DNA of 64,000 nucleotides from Eledone cirrhosa (taxonomy: Eukaryota): positions 35,526,001 through 35,590,000 of the forward strand of contig OZ024746.1 of assembly GCA_964016885.1 (NCBI GenBank), given 5' to 3'. The first letter of the stretch is position 1; the number at the start of each line of letters is the position of its first letter. Made by a program: the position numbers and the translations under genes. Positions 26,293-41,446 of this stretch are shown piece by piece. The notes beneath the pieces are model-generated. The model had not been told where the DNA came from and made no database searches. It worked only from the letters and a program-made list of their open reading frames with translations.

Positions 26293-26321
26293 TATATGTT
26301 TATATATATATAAAAACGTTT

Positions 26322-26410
<89 letters not shown>

Positions 26411-26483
26411 CATACCTGCACGCACATAAAAACATAGACACCTGAAACAACGCATATGTGCATACTAGTAGTAGATAAAAGCA

Positions 26484-26639
<156 letters not shown>

Positions 26640-26746
26640 AATGAAAATAGAGAAATTAATGTGACCAAGAAGCCAACAGTAATTCATAATATATAATTGA
26701 CTATTACGTCAAGATGGAAAATATTTAACGCAAGATATGGGAAAAA

Positions 26747-27194
<448 letters not shown>

Positions 27195-27382
27195 TGGCAG
27201 TATCGGTTGAGGGTCCGACGCCATGCTTTCCAGCACAGTTACGTCCCTTTACGATCTGAGTTCAAATCCCGGCGAGGTTGACTTTGCCTTTCATCCTTAC
27301 GGGGTCGATAAAATAAAGTACCAGTAATGCACTGGGTAATTGCTGGCCTTGTGCCTAAAGTAGAAACAATTATCACTAAAAT
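27195..27382 (+). mobile_element. tRNA-derived SINE with 14-bp target-site duplication
   Basis: Same family as 2526-3308; ATTATCACTAAAAT at 27181-27194 and 27369-27382. Confidence 0.85.
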
Positions 27383-28365
27383 CTTGATTTTATTTCTATT
27401 TTCGTTCTAGCTATCAACATTGTTAGGCAAATCTTATAAATTATATTTTAACTGTGGCCTCTACTTCATTTAAAAAAGAATGTAAACTATCCAGTTCTTT
27501 CTTCATATATATTTGACGTGGTATTTCAAATGTAGTTGAATTATTGTACGTAATCATTCGTAACGTTGTTTGATTATCATATTTTGTGTATATTTAAGAG
27601 TTATGTTTGTCTTTCCGTTGATGTTCTCGATGTTAGTCTTTAGCAGTTGTTGTTCATATTTGGTTTGTTGTTTGAATTGTGTTATTGGCGTAATCTTTCT
27701 ACAATCTCACCTATAAAATAATATACAGTGACGCCTATAATATGTTAATTTCAGATTGAGCTGATTAATTGATTTCATCACTTTTAGTTTCGTATTCTGT
27801 ATTAAACGAGTATTAATCTACAGCCATAGGTTTTTTTCAACCTATAGCTTATATAACCTATAGTTTATTTCCTTCTCACTAAAGAAAATCTGTGAAACTA
27901 TTTTCATTGATATGTTTCCTTATCATAATGAAACCAATTTCGAATTATATGTTTAGCCTACATCATATAAGCATCAAAAGCAACGAAAGCATTTACGCAC
28001 GCAAGCCTATTACTGTAATGAATGCATTTTGTCCCCTATATAATCACATAATATACATATATTTAATATACGGAGTAATATCACTTTAGCATCGTCATTA
28101 GAGTTGAAATCTCGCCGAGATGCACTTTGTTGCCAATTGTCTTTTCTATATTAAAAACAAATATTAGCAGAGTACTTGTTCTGCTGCTATGTCTTCAATG
28201 TTCACCAATATTAGTGGATTAAATAAAAGAAAGTCGAGATGGCATCAATATCTGCACGGGTTTACATGGGCACTTGAAACCTTTTTTATCGAGAGCATGG
28301 TACATTCTATCACTATTGCGAGTGAAGGCTGTTATGTGCGCATGTATGAAAAGGAGGGTAATTTG

Positions 28366-28616
28366 ACAGTGGCCCCTCATCTGTACGTATAAGTTGAATA
28401 TTTCTGTAGTTATTTCTGTTTGTTTTGTGTAAAATGGTTTAAAAATTGCATTAGTTTCCCCCTAGGTTAGTATAAATTATTTTGTTCTTATATTAATTTC
28501 TGTCGTTGCACTGTGTCCACGTTAGCACACCCTACACCCCCTTATGGTTGCCGGTGTAGAGGGTATTATGTGGCCGTGAAGGGTGTGGTGGCACCGAACG
28601 GTTTGAGAACTTCTGG
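28366..28616. mobile_element. Possible old hAT-like MITE
   Basis: Ends CAGTGGCCCCTCA... and ...GTTTGAGAACTTCTG loosely resemble hAT TIRs; no clear TSD. Confidence 0.25.
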
Positions 28617-28812
28617 TTTAGTTGATCATATTACGTTGCAACTTATTCAGCGGTGTGACAAAGAGGAACCGATAAATGAAGTATATAAAATGATATACTT
28701 GTGTCAATATAAATTAAATTATTTGAAGGTGTTGCACCTGTATGGTCAGTGGCCAATGATAGAAATCAGTAAAATATAACAAGACTATGCATGTATAAAT
28801 ACATACACGCGC

Positions 28813-28926
<114 letters not shown>

Positions 28927-29041
28927 ATATAAATACAAATATAAATTTAGCGGGAATCGCATTTCGGCGAGTAGAAATTAGCGAAATACAACTTCCGATT
29001 TGTGCTGGCAAGCACTCGATAGACCAGAAGAGACCAGAGCA

Positions 29042-29098
<57 letters not shown>

Positions 29099-29432
29099 GT
29101 TTATGTATATGTGAGTGTGTATATGTATATATGGCTATATATATATATGTGTATGTCTGTATTTACTTATGGAATTACTAAGACTTGCTTTGTCCTGCCG
29201 TCGCGGTAGTATGATTTATTCAAAGCTGGCAGAAATTAGATTTCGGCTCTTTATGAGAAATTTATAGTTTTCTGTGATCGTGATTTTCTTCCATCCCACG
29301 TCCACACATACACACATTTGTTCTATACATATATTTAAAGTAGTACAAAGGAATATTAAACGGTGATGAGAGATGGAAGTAGTGAATTATTAAAGAGTAA
29401 GTAGTAAACATAATATGATAAATAATATTAAT

Positions 29433-30130
<698 letters not shown>

Positions 30131-30393
30131 CATAATATTTGTATGTGTATGAATAGTTGTGTGGAAAAATGAACAAATAAGATGACAAGGAGCCAATAAA
30201 TTAAATTATGGAATCAATATTCTAATAATAATGTACAACGTGAAATGTTCGGTTATTAATAATATGAGCAATAACGCTAATATAGTTTTTAATGAAGTAA
30301 TATTACATAATCAGAATTCTTATAAAATCATTGGTGCTTTACATTTTTTCCTCTTGTTCGCATAATGCTAAATAACCTTGCATGTGTCTTTAT

Positions 30394-30565
30394 TGGTAGA
30401 AGGTCGGACGCTATGCTTTGAGGCATAGAGTTACTGCCCTTGCGATTCTGAGTTCAAATCTCGCCGATGTTAACTTTGCCTTTCATCCTTACGGGGTCGA
30501 TAAAATAAAGTACCAGTAAAGCACTGGGTAATTGCTGGCCTTGTGCAAAACGTAGAAACAATTAT
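30394..30565 (+). mobile_element. tRNA-derived SINE
   Basis: B-box GAGTTCAAATC and the same central domain as 2526-3308. Confidence 0.85.
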
Positions 30566-30586
30566 TTATTTATTTCAATATTTCCA

Positions 30587-30752
<166 letters not shown>

Positions 30753-30757
30753 ATAAG

Positions 30758-30796
<39 letters not shown>

Positions 30797-30864
30797 ACAT
30801 ATCTACATATATATATATATAAAGAATTAATATATCTAGTAACATATATATACACAGATGCATA

Positions 30865-31128
30865 CTTATGCTAGCAAATATATAGGTTTTGTCTTAGTAA
30901 CGTTGAGGTTCAATGCATGGGGATGCAGAACAATAATATGAGAGACGTATAAGTTCCCTGTGTCCACATATTGCCTGGAAACTTAGCTGAGAATAGACTT
31001 CCCTGATGACGAAAGGCTTCTCCGTACGTTTCTTCGGAAACTATGTTTATTCCCTTTCAGAAACTAATTAGTTGGAGTGAAATTTTAGTAAGTAAGTTAA
31101 TTTTATAATTTTCTTATTTTACGTCTCT
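30865..31128 (+). mobile_element. Family A hammerhead-bearing fragment, copy 2
   Basis: Homologous to 465-650; its 5' part (30867-30935) is the reverse complement of ~122-190. Confidence 0.65.
30997..31078 (+). ncRNA. Type I hammerhead ribozyme (family A)
   Basis: TTCC-CTGATGA-C-GAAAGG...CCTTTC-A-GAAACTAATTAGTT-GGAG. Confidence 0.75.
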
Positions 31129-31129
31129 C

Positions 31130-31256
<127 letters not shown>

Positions 31257-31260
31257 TATA

Positions 31261-31414
31261 TTTAGTTTCTGAATTTGTTTAGCAAGATTCTTTATCTGAA
31301 AACGTGTGTTGAAACCAATATTGTTATACTTTGGGAGGGTCATGTTGCCAATAAGAAACACACGCACATAGTGCGTGTGTTTCTTATTGGCAACCCTCCC
31401 AAAGTATAACAATA
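31261..31414. mobile_element. Small fold-back element with tail (family D)
   Basis: Hairpin 31319-31414 (3-nt loop ATA, 5-nt bulge in the left arm), tail on the left, TA-flanked. Confidence 0.75.
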
Positions 31415-31449
31415 CATATATATACATATATATATATACATATATATAC

Positions 31450-31488
<39 letters not shown>

Positions 31489-31498
31489 CATATATAAT

Positions 31499-31536
<38 letters not shown>

Positions 31537-31586
31537 ACAATATATACGATATTAATAAATGGAAAGTATATTTATAAGACCATATT

Positions 31587-31651
31587 TATTTCATTATACA
31601 TATTTCGGGGATACCAAATTAAATTATGGTATGCCTTCATCAGACAAAATA
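31587..31651 (-). ncRNA. Minimal type I hammerhead (mirror copy)
   Basis: Reverse complement TATTTTGT-CTGATGA-AGGCATACCA...TGGTATCCCC-GAAATATGTATA-ATGAAATA. Confidence 0.7.
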
Positions 31652-31799
31652 CAATATATAACAGTTTTACAAATAAGCTTTGACGTACCCTTTTAAAATG
31701 CGACCATTATTTTAAGAGGCCATCTGGATGGCCTCCAAAAATAATGGTCGCATTTTAAAAGGGTACGTCAAAGCTTATTTGTAAAACTGTTATATATTG

Positions 31800-31864
31800 T
31801 ATTTTGTCTGATGAAGGCATAACATAATTTAATTTGGTATCCCTGAAATATGTATAATGAAATA
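31800..31864 (+). ncRNA. Minimal type I hammerhead
   Basis: 8-bp stem I with two G-U pairs, CTGATGA, stem II, GAAA-TATGTA-TA, predicted AUA triplet. Confidence 0.7.
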
Positions 31865-32206
31865 AATATGGTTCTATAAATATAGTTTCCATTTATTAAT
31901 ATCGTATATCTACTCCAAATACTTGTCGAGTGCTTTATATCAGTTATAACAATATTTACTTTTGCATATATAACATATAGAACTTTTGCATATATAACAA
32001 TATAACAATATATATATATATATATATATGGGATGTAATGTGCAGTTACTGTTTGTTTCAACCGAGTAAGCACTTGATACGTAGTTCCCAGTCCTTTTAT
32101 TACACACATATACCCTTATATATATATATATGTACTTGTGTGTACGTGTGTGCATGTGTGTGTGCGTGTGTGTCTGTGTGTACGTAAGTTTGTGTGTGTG
32201 TGTGTT

Positions 32207-32237
<31 letters not shown>

Positions 32238-32329
32238 CTGTGTATGCATGTGTGTGTTGAGTGATGTTACAATGTCTGAATCATTATCTTTCGGAACCTT
32301 TGAAAATCTTGCATACGGACTGCCAACAA

Positions 32330-33890
32330 TTTCCCCTTTCCCCTATTTTGTTTTGTAGGTATTGTTTCTTGAGCCAATACTGCACACATAGGAGGAGTTG
32401 AGATGCTTCCCGTGTGAACTAGGATATGTGAGATCGATATCAGCATATGCTGATGACGTCACCGTGGTGGTGTCGAATACCAAACACATTGAGATAATTG
32501 GCTCCGGTCTCACGGATTACGAGACGGTAACGCGAGCCGAAGCTAACCAAGTAAAGTTAGTGGGCCTGTAGCATGGGACCTGGAGTGGTGGATTCCTACA
32601 GTTCAACAGCGACGTCGGCCGCTTGACGGAGGAGCGGTTAAATTGCTAGGGGTTTGATTTGGTTCTGATTTTCAGATGGAGGAAAACTGTAACGAGAAAA
32701 CGAGCAGGGTGGCCTCTCTCACCCACATATCTGCTGAAAGGAAGCTACACCCCAAGGGTCAGACAGAGGGCGGGAATGGATATATCGCGCCCATCATCTA
32801 CCACCACCTGACCATCATGCCTTGTCCCAGTTCACATGACTATACAGGAGCGTGTACTTTTTCGAATCTCGCGGAAGGGATAGGTTCAACACACTCAAAT
32901 ATACAGTTATGCTACGCCATCTCCACCTCTTCCTTGACAGTCAAAACGTGTAGGCGCCGTTTGCTAGACGCGTTGTTTCTCCCCATCTCGTCTCCTTGGT
33001 GGAGCTGCAGTCCTGGATTAAGCGTAAATCGAGAGGAAGCGCCTGCAGACTGAACTGTCTGCAAGCACTCAGAGCGAATCAGGCAGTATGATCATTGGAA
33101 AATCCATGTTCGCGTTCTCCAGATGGTAAGTGGAGGGTATGAGCGACAACAACTTTCGGGAAAATTTGGGCATCGATGAAAATCAAATAGCCAATCATTT
33201 CCGGAGTATTTTCGGGCCGGGGACCATGGACAACTTTCAGAAATCTATGGCCTGGCAGTGCTACCGGAGAGCATTGACAATTCGAGATGAACTCTCCAGG
33301 CATGGAATTGCCGTTAGTCGGGTCTGTCCAAGCTGTCAATATAAAGACAAAAAGTTCCTACACGAACTCGCCTTGTGTCCGAGAATTGCTGACTTATGGG
33401 TTTATAACAAATATCTGCTGTCACGTGTAGGAGGGATCCAGCTGCCAGCTGAGTCGATCGTCAAGATTTCCCCACTACTTTCCTTTAGCCGTTGTCCAGG
33501 GTGAAAGAGGTATTCTGGTGGATAGGTATAACAAGTCTGAAAAAAAACACTTTCCACTTTGGCGAAACCTTGTTAAACTTTCATTTAACAAGGTTTCATT
33601 AACTTTCATTTAAAGAAAATCAGCGGGGAGATGGGTATGCTACCCTCCAAGTAGTTTATTGAAAAATGGATGAGAGAGGAGAGTGCGGCCAGTGTGAGAT
33701 AGGCCTGCTCTGAGTATGCGCTTGTAGATTGGAGGTGGAAAACTGGAGAGGGCACTTGCCCCGGGGTTAGTGTGACCTTGGATTTTTGTGGGATTTCTCC
33801 ACGTGTGAATCTCTCTGTACCTTCATTAATGTTTTTCTTCATGTAAATTCTGCGTGGCTAATAAATAAATTATTATTATTATTATTACTT
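32330..33890 (+). mobile_element. Old, diverged Tx1-family 3' fragment
   Basis: SAYADDVTVVV near 32440; FGPGTMDNFQKSMAWQCYR...CPSC; similar 3' UTR and ATT tail. Confidence 0.85.
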
Positions 33891-33962
33891 ATTAATATAT
33901 ATATATATATTATTATTTTGACCGTCGTAGCTATTATTATGTATTGTAATATTGGTGGTGGT

Positions 33963-34042
33963 AGAAGAAGAAGAAGAAGAAGAAGAAGAAGAAGAAGAAG
34001 AAGAAGAAGAAGAAGAAGAAGAAGAAGAAGAAGAAGAAGAAG
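33963..34042. repeat. (AGA)n microsatellite
   Basis: Direct reading. Confidence 0.95.
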
Positions 34043-37000
34043 ATCAATTATTATGAAAGGAGAAGATGATGTTTTCAACGGAAGGATGGCAAAGGGGATG
34101 TTGTGGATAGGAGTGTTGATATATCCTTTGTCAGCTCTTGCGTAAAGATAACCAAACGAACAGAAAATGTTCTGTTCTTGGTATAGAATGTGACGGAGTC
34201 CTAATGCCAGCTTTAGCTAGAGAACAAGAGATGGCAATGGGAAATTGATTGGGAGATAATGGCGAAGAGGTGGTAAGAGTAAAGAAAAATAGAAAGAATG
34301 AGTGTGTGAATGAGATGGTGGGTGATAGATATATAAAGAGGGTTAGAGCAATTTAGTATGCATGTTTGATGAATGTGAAGGTGTAGTATAATGATAGTGT
34401 CGATTGATGTGCTGTTATTTGTTGGTGGGTTTCACTTTTATAGTGCTTGGCTTAAACATGTTTTTGGTTTTGATTTAACTGGTGTTGCCGCTTGGTGTTG
34501 AAAACATCCTTAGTGTAGTGTTGTTTGTTGTTTTTGTAATAATAGCGTGGCCTTTTTGGGGGATTGTTTTGTGATGGTTGAAGTATGTTATGACGGTTGG
34601 TTGATGTGATGTTTGGAGGTAGTTCTAGAATTATTGGGTGTTGTGTTGATTGTTGTTTTCATAGTAATGTGGTGCTGATGGCTTGTATAGACCTGTTAGA
34701 AATTGCTTTTGTGATTGTTAGGTGACATTGTGTTAGGGGGTATGTGTTATGATGGTTACCGGTGTTGTGTTGCTTGGTCGTGTTGTGACGTTGGTTAATG
34801 TTGCGTTGTTGTTTGGCATTGGGATTTTGGCTTCTGTGATATTTATATTTGGAGCTTTAATTGAGGTTCATACTGGTATGGTGATACATGTTCTATACGG
34901 ATGTGTTAAGTTGGTACGTGGTATGACAATTGTATTTCAATTTGTTTGTGGTAGTTTGGCGTGTTGCTTAAATCTGAGCTGGTGAATAACATGTCATTCC
35001 TAAATATTAGTTACTATTGTTGAAAAATTAAGACAATATTCTTTAACGCTCGAAAGGGAGATTTGTGGGGATGATTGAAATGGTGATCTCAATCTTGTTG
35101 CTGTGACAGTATGGTATCTACGTCAGCAGGATGGCAGGATCGTTAGAGCTTCAAATATAATACTTTGCGATATTTATTCCGGCTATTGTCAGTCTGAGAT
35201 CGCGTGGCATTGAGGTTATCTTTTCCATTAGTTTTCTAGTGTCAGTAAAATAATTTCCCAGTCAAGTACTGATATCGATTTAATTGACTTTCCTCTCCAT
35301 CCATGGATGCTGGATTTGTGCCTAAACTAAAACATTTAAGAGTTTGATATTTTGTATTACTAGGCGTGATTTACGTGTAATTGTATGAAGGTGGGTCTGC
35401 TTGCCAAGTAATTGTAGATCTAGCTGCAATAACCTTTTCTAAAGTTGAAATAGTGTTGGTATAGGTGACAATATATTGGTTTGTTATTATATTAAGTTGG
35501 ACAGAAATTCCTCACCGTTTTTCAAATTTTTATTCCCCTTGACGCTTGTTAACATTAGGAATATTTCACCAACCAAAATTATCGCCATTATTTGCGATTA
35601 CCGTCTGCCACCGTTTAAGATACTACATGATTCCATCTCTTTAGAACTAATCTGGCTTCGATGCAAATAATTCCGATAGCCACTGTTTTCATTGGGGAAA
35701 TTCGTTGAGTGCATTGTCAATGAGATGCCTCGATGCCCTTGAGCGTAGGCCAGATTAGAAGTCGTAAAGCGAACAGCCACGAATAAATGATTTGGATAGA
35801 TGCATGTTTCTTTGCCTTTGACGGCGTATCAGAGAATGAGAAATGCACATAGTGTAAACCAATATCATTTTTCAATATATCAACAAAAAAAAAAAAAAGG
35901 AAGAAAAATGATCAAACTAACTGCTTTTTATAAATAGTCGGGAACCATTTTCCCAACGCAATATATCCGTTTGTGCGAACTCTATGTGTAATTTTAAGTT
36001 TTAAAATATCTAGACACAGTTGTACCTTTTGTTTAGCAGACTTATGATCAATGTCATTCCATCTATGGATAATATCTTTTCTAAAAACATATTATTGAAT
36101 TTAGATTACATTCTCATTGTCATATTTTAAAAGAAAATGGATGTGTTTTAAGGGTTCTCTGATTGTTCCTTTTTGTAGATTAAGTTAATAATTACCTTTT
36201 TCTATTGTTTGATATTTGGAGGGAAACACTAAATTGAAGATTGTTGTAAAACGTAATTTTAGAGTGAGATTTGGGAATTGTATTAAAGCTTCTCAAACAA
36301 TATCGAAAATAATGTCACGTGGTCATTTTTATTATATATATATATATATATATGTTTAACAATCATCACTGTTTAACATCCATATCCTTGCTCACATGGG
36401 ATATAGATGTTATGAAGCTATAGAGCTCAGAGGAGAATTTCATACAATCCGTTTTTGATTTGGTTTTCTATCACTGGATGCCTATTGTAATATCAGGCAC
36501 ATTAGATCGTATTTTGAGGCTTTGTTTCGTGTCACGACCCTTAACACCTTACAAGTTGGACAAGGAGTCTTTTTTATCGTGCCAAAGCGTGTGTCTGTGT
36601 GTATGTTACTCGCACTATTATTATTCGCACGATTGTTTCACTAATTTGAATTACTCATTCCATCCTTCCCTTGCTGCCACTTTACGTCCTATACGCTAAC
36701 TCCTAGATATCTCTTTTGTACTGATTTCGTTATTGAATTCGCCAACATATTCTCAACCCGCGTTTCATTATTAATCTTTCTATGTCTTTGAGCCATGAAA
36801 ACAAGAAAGAATAAAACTCTGATGAAAGGTCTGCAAATAGCCAAGATACACATTCTGCATTACACATTCTGCATTACACACGTCATTACCGGAATGAATG
36901 CATATTTACTAACCATATACCTCACCTTGGATTCCTGGATTATAATCATTGCTCCATAGTCCATATGCTGCGGATGATGATGGAATATGTGACAAAACTA

Positions 37001-37215
37001 ATGTCCAGGGGCTTCTCATATTTTAATAGTTAAATATGTGAGTGAAGGAGATGAAAATAAAACTTCCATCTATTTCTCATGTTAACTTGCCCACCAAATA
37101 GTTGGCCGGTCACAATAAATTCCAGTTCTGAAAGAAAAACTAACATACACGCCAAAATACATACACACAGATACACATCATACGTACATATATACATAAA
37201 TACTTATATATAGAC

Positions 37216-37613
37216 ATGGTGGATGCCAACTCGTTTTCGAATACGGCCACTACTTTATATCTATGTAGGAGAACCCCTACCGATGCGCTGAACGAGTGTG
37301 ACTTTTTAGTCTAGCCAGCGACTAAAAAACTCTGGTACAAACACTACACTTGTGACAATTATTGACATATAGTTCTGGGTCCATGGTACCATGTGACGAC
37401 AAGGGCAAAGAGATCTCCAGATATAAAGAATGCCTGTGCCGTGAAGCTTTTATAGTGAGCAAGGGCACTGCACAAAGCCAGTCCCACTCTCTTAACCAAG
37501 ATGATATATACCAAAAAGAAGAACAAGTCAACATCATTGGATACCATCAGGGTTGCAGGTGTTATGTCAGAGTTTTCCTTCTCCTAGAATTCTGCCTTGA
37601 CTAAGGCTAAGGA
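37216..37613 (-). mobile_element. Family R dispersed repeat
   Basis: High similarity to 37867-38273 and to the reverse complement of 50064-50471; strand inferred from the truncation pattern. Confidence 0.85.
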
Positions 37614-37661
37614 TACATACATATATACATACATACATACATACATACATACATACATACA

Positions 37662-37693
<32 letters not shown>

Positions 37694-37866
37694 CATACAT
37701 ACATACACACATACATACATATATGTATGTATGTATACATACATATATATGTATGTCTATATACATACATATATATGCATACATACATATATAGATATAT
37801 ACATACATATATACATACATACATATATACATCCATACATATATATATACATACATACATATATAT

Positions 37867-38273
37867 ATGGTGGTTGCCAACTCGTTTTCGAGTACGGCCA
37901 CTACTTTATATCCATGTAGGAGAACTCCTACCGATGCGCTGAACGAGTGTGACTTTTTAGTCCAGCCAGCGATTTGAAAACTCTGGTACTAACACTACAC
38001 TTGTGACAATTATTGACACATAGTGCTGGGCCCATGGTACCATGTAACGACAAGTGCAGAGAGATCTCCAGATATAAAGCAATGCCTGTGCCATGAAGCT
38101 TTTATAGTGAGCAAAGGCACTGCACAAAGCCAGTCCCACTCTCTTAACCAAGATGATATTTACCGAAAAGAAGAACAAGTCAACATCATTGGATACCATC
38201 AGGGTTGCAAGTGTTATATCAGAGTTTTCCTTCTCCTAGAATTCTGCCTTGACAAAGGCTAAGGAGTCATCTC
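37867..38273 (-). mobile_element. Family R dispersed repeat
   Basis: As above; separated from the previous copy by (TACA)n. Confidence 0.85.
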
Positions 38274-38293
38274 ATATATATATACATATATAT

Positions 38294-38444
<151 letters not shown>

Positions 38445-38687
38445 CACATATACACACATATATATAAATATATACATACATATATACATATACAAACATA
38501 TGCATACATATATATTCATACATATATACATACATACATATATACATACATATATACATACATATATGCATACACATATACATACATATATACATACATA
38601 TATACATACATAAATATGTATATACATACATACATACCTATATATATACATACACACATACATACATACATATATACATACATATAT

Positions 38688-39640
38688 AGGTGGAGAGGTA
38701 TGGAATAAAGCCTGATATAAATCTCTCACCCAGAGGAATCAGAAGACCCTATTCAATGTTCAAACAAGATAAAAAAATTGACCAATTTACAGAAAAAGTT
38801 GTGCATGGATACTTGAGACGTAAAACACAGACTATAGAGGGGATAAACCACTCAAAAAGCCTGGCATGGTGTTCCGACGAGTTTATGACATCACACCTTG
38901 AGGGATATCTCTATGCAATACAGGAACAAGAACTCGCTACCAAATATCTGCTGCACAAAAGAGGAGGACCAGCAGCTGACAATAAATGTAGGCTATGTAA
39001 AACAAAGATCGAGGATGTAAGCCACATTGTTGCCAGCTGCAAAAGAATGTCATCTCGCTACTACTTCCCCATGAGACACGATGGGGGTAGCTAGAACCAT
39101 CTGGAATGCACTTCGGAAAACAAAATTAACAACAAACGAGGAAGGATATATTGAGACAGATGGCACTAAGGAATACTGGTGGAACCTGAAAATAAAAACT
39201 GCCACCAAATTAAAGCACAACCGGCCTGATGTTGTTTGGGACCAGACATTGAAAACGTGTTCTGTTGTGGAGATCAGCTGCCCACTTGATGTAAACGTTG
39301 TCAGAAAAATACAGGAGAAGGAGGACATCTACAGACCATTGATGAGGAGTTTACAAATCCAGTATCCAAGATACAACTTTACCTTCATACCTATCATTAT
39401 TGGAGCTACGGGTTATATACCAACCCGCTTGGACCAAAGTATGACTGAACTTGGATTTGCGGACAAAAAGCGCAGCTCCCTAATTCATAGTCTACAAATG
39501 GCTGCGATAGTTGGCACCTTCAAAATTTGCAAAACATTCTTGCGATTTAAGGGATGACAATTTCTTTTCTTTTACAACCTTGCCACCAGGAAGGTGGCCG
39601 GTCAAAAAAAGATATAGTCGAAATTAAGAGAAAGAGATAA
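38688..39640 (+). mobile_element. 3' fragment of an RLE-type (R4/Dong-like) LINE within (TACA)n
   Basis: AIQEQELAT, CRLCKTKIEDVSHIVASC, RHD, RPDVV, EISCP, IPIIIGATG; one frameshift near 39085. Confidence 0.85.
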
Positions 39641-39656
39641 CATATACATACATACA

Positions 39657-39692
<36 letters not shown>

Positions 39693-39837
39693 CACATACA
39701 TATATACATACATATATATATATATATACATATATATATACATACATATATATATATACATACAAATATATATACATATATATACATACATACAAATATA
39801 TATACATATATATACATACATATATATATATATATAT

Positions 39838-39870
<33 letters not shown>

Positions 39871-40065
39871 CATACATATATATATATTTATATATATACA
39901 TACATACACATATACATACATACATATACATACATATATATATATACATATACATACATATATATATATATAAATACATATATACATACACGTATATATA
40001 CATATATATATATATATATACATACATATATATATACATATACATATGCATACATACATATATAC

Positions 40066-40110
<45 letters not shown>

Positions 40111-40232
40111 TACATACATATATATATATTTACATACATACATATGTATTCATATACACATACATATATTATATATACATTTATACATACATATATATAT
40201 ATACATATATACATACATATATATATACATAT

Positions 40233-40335
<103 letters not shown>

Positions 40336-40942
40336 CATATATACATACACACATATATACATACATAAATGCATACACACATGCATACATAAACACATGC
40401 ATGAATATATACGCACATATATACATACATAAATACATACCCACATATATACATACATAAATACATACATGCATACCTATATGACGACTTTTGATTTGTT
40501 ATCAAGCATGAAGATATTTTACGGTCCCCATCACATTAAAGAAGTAATACTTTGTTTACGGACATTGAAAGTGGCGAAGACACAATAACATGGAAATATG
40601 AACAAATTATGACGTAGAAACCGGTCGCCCATCAATATTTGGTTCACCTGTACAGCTCTCGAAAGAATCGCATCATTCAGTCATGTATAAATCCAGTCGA
40701 TTCGTCCATAATATTTTCACATCTATAAATTCATTCATCTATCCATTTATCCCTCTATCAATACATCCACCCATACATACACATATACATATATGCGTTA
40801 ATACACCCAGCCACCCATACATACATACGTACATACATACAAACACTCACATACACACACGTATATTTTATATATATACACACAACCCCCCCCCCCCACA
40901 CACACACACACATACATACATATATATGTATATATATATATA

Positions 40943-41173
40943 TTATTAGAAATGTTAGCTATCGCCGTATTTTGACTAAAGAAATTAAAGAAATTATTTA
41001 GCCTGATAGTGGGAGAAATGGAAAAAGATGAGTATTCTTTTTCCATTTCTCCGAGGGTTCTTAACCCCACTATCAGGCTAAATAATTTCTTTAATTTCTT
41101 TAGTCAAAATACGGCGATAGTTAACATTTCTAATAATTTCAAATCCACTCGGTGTTTCGAAAATATGCTTACT

Positions 41174-41176
<3 letters not shown>
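40943..41176. mobile_element. Branched fold-back element with tail (family F)
   Basis: ~70-bp arms 40943-41013 / 41067-41137 enclose two inner hairpins; ~40-bp tail; TA-flanked. Confidence 0.85.
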
Positions 41177-41248
<72 letters not shown>

Positions 41249-41249
<1 letters not shown>

Positions 41250-41446
41250 GTTATTCCGGGTTGAATCGGAGGAAACCACAGTAAGTAAGGTACTCAATAC
41301 ATAGCAGAGTATAAAAGTTTTAATATAGATGAGATTCTACAGGACTAGAACTGTTTCATTCTTTAGAAATCATCAGGAATCAGATTCCTGATGATTTCTA
41401 AAGAATGAAACAGTTCTAGTCCTGTAGAATCTCATCTATATTAAAA

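Larger units (their letters stand above)
31542..32010 (+). mobile_element. Fold-back element (family E) derived from a PLE 3' end
   Basis: Palindrome 31542-31909 (axis 31725/6) plus ~100-bp tail; the arm is homologous to 54951-55100. Confidence 0.9.

Noticed and set aside
40571-40630. GAAACCGGTC, a typical PLE hammerhead 3' half
   Set aside because: No intact CTGANGA or convincing stem II upstream
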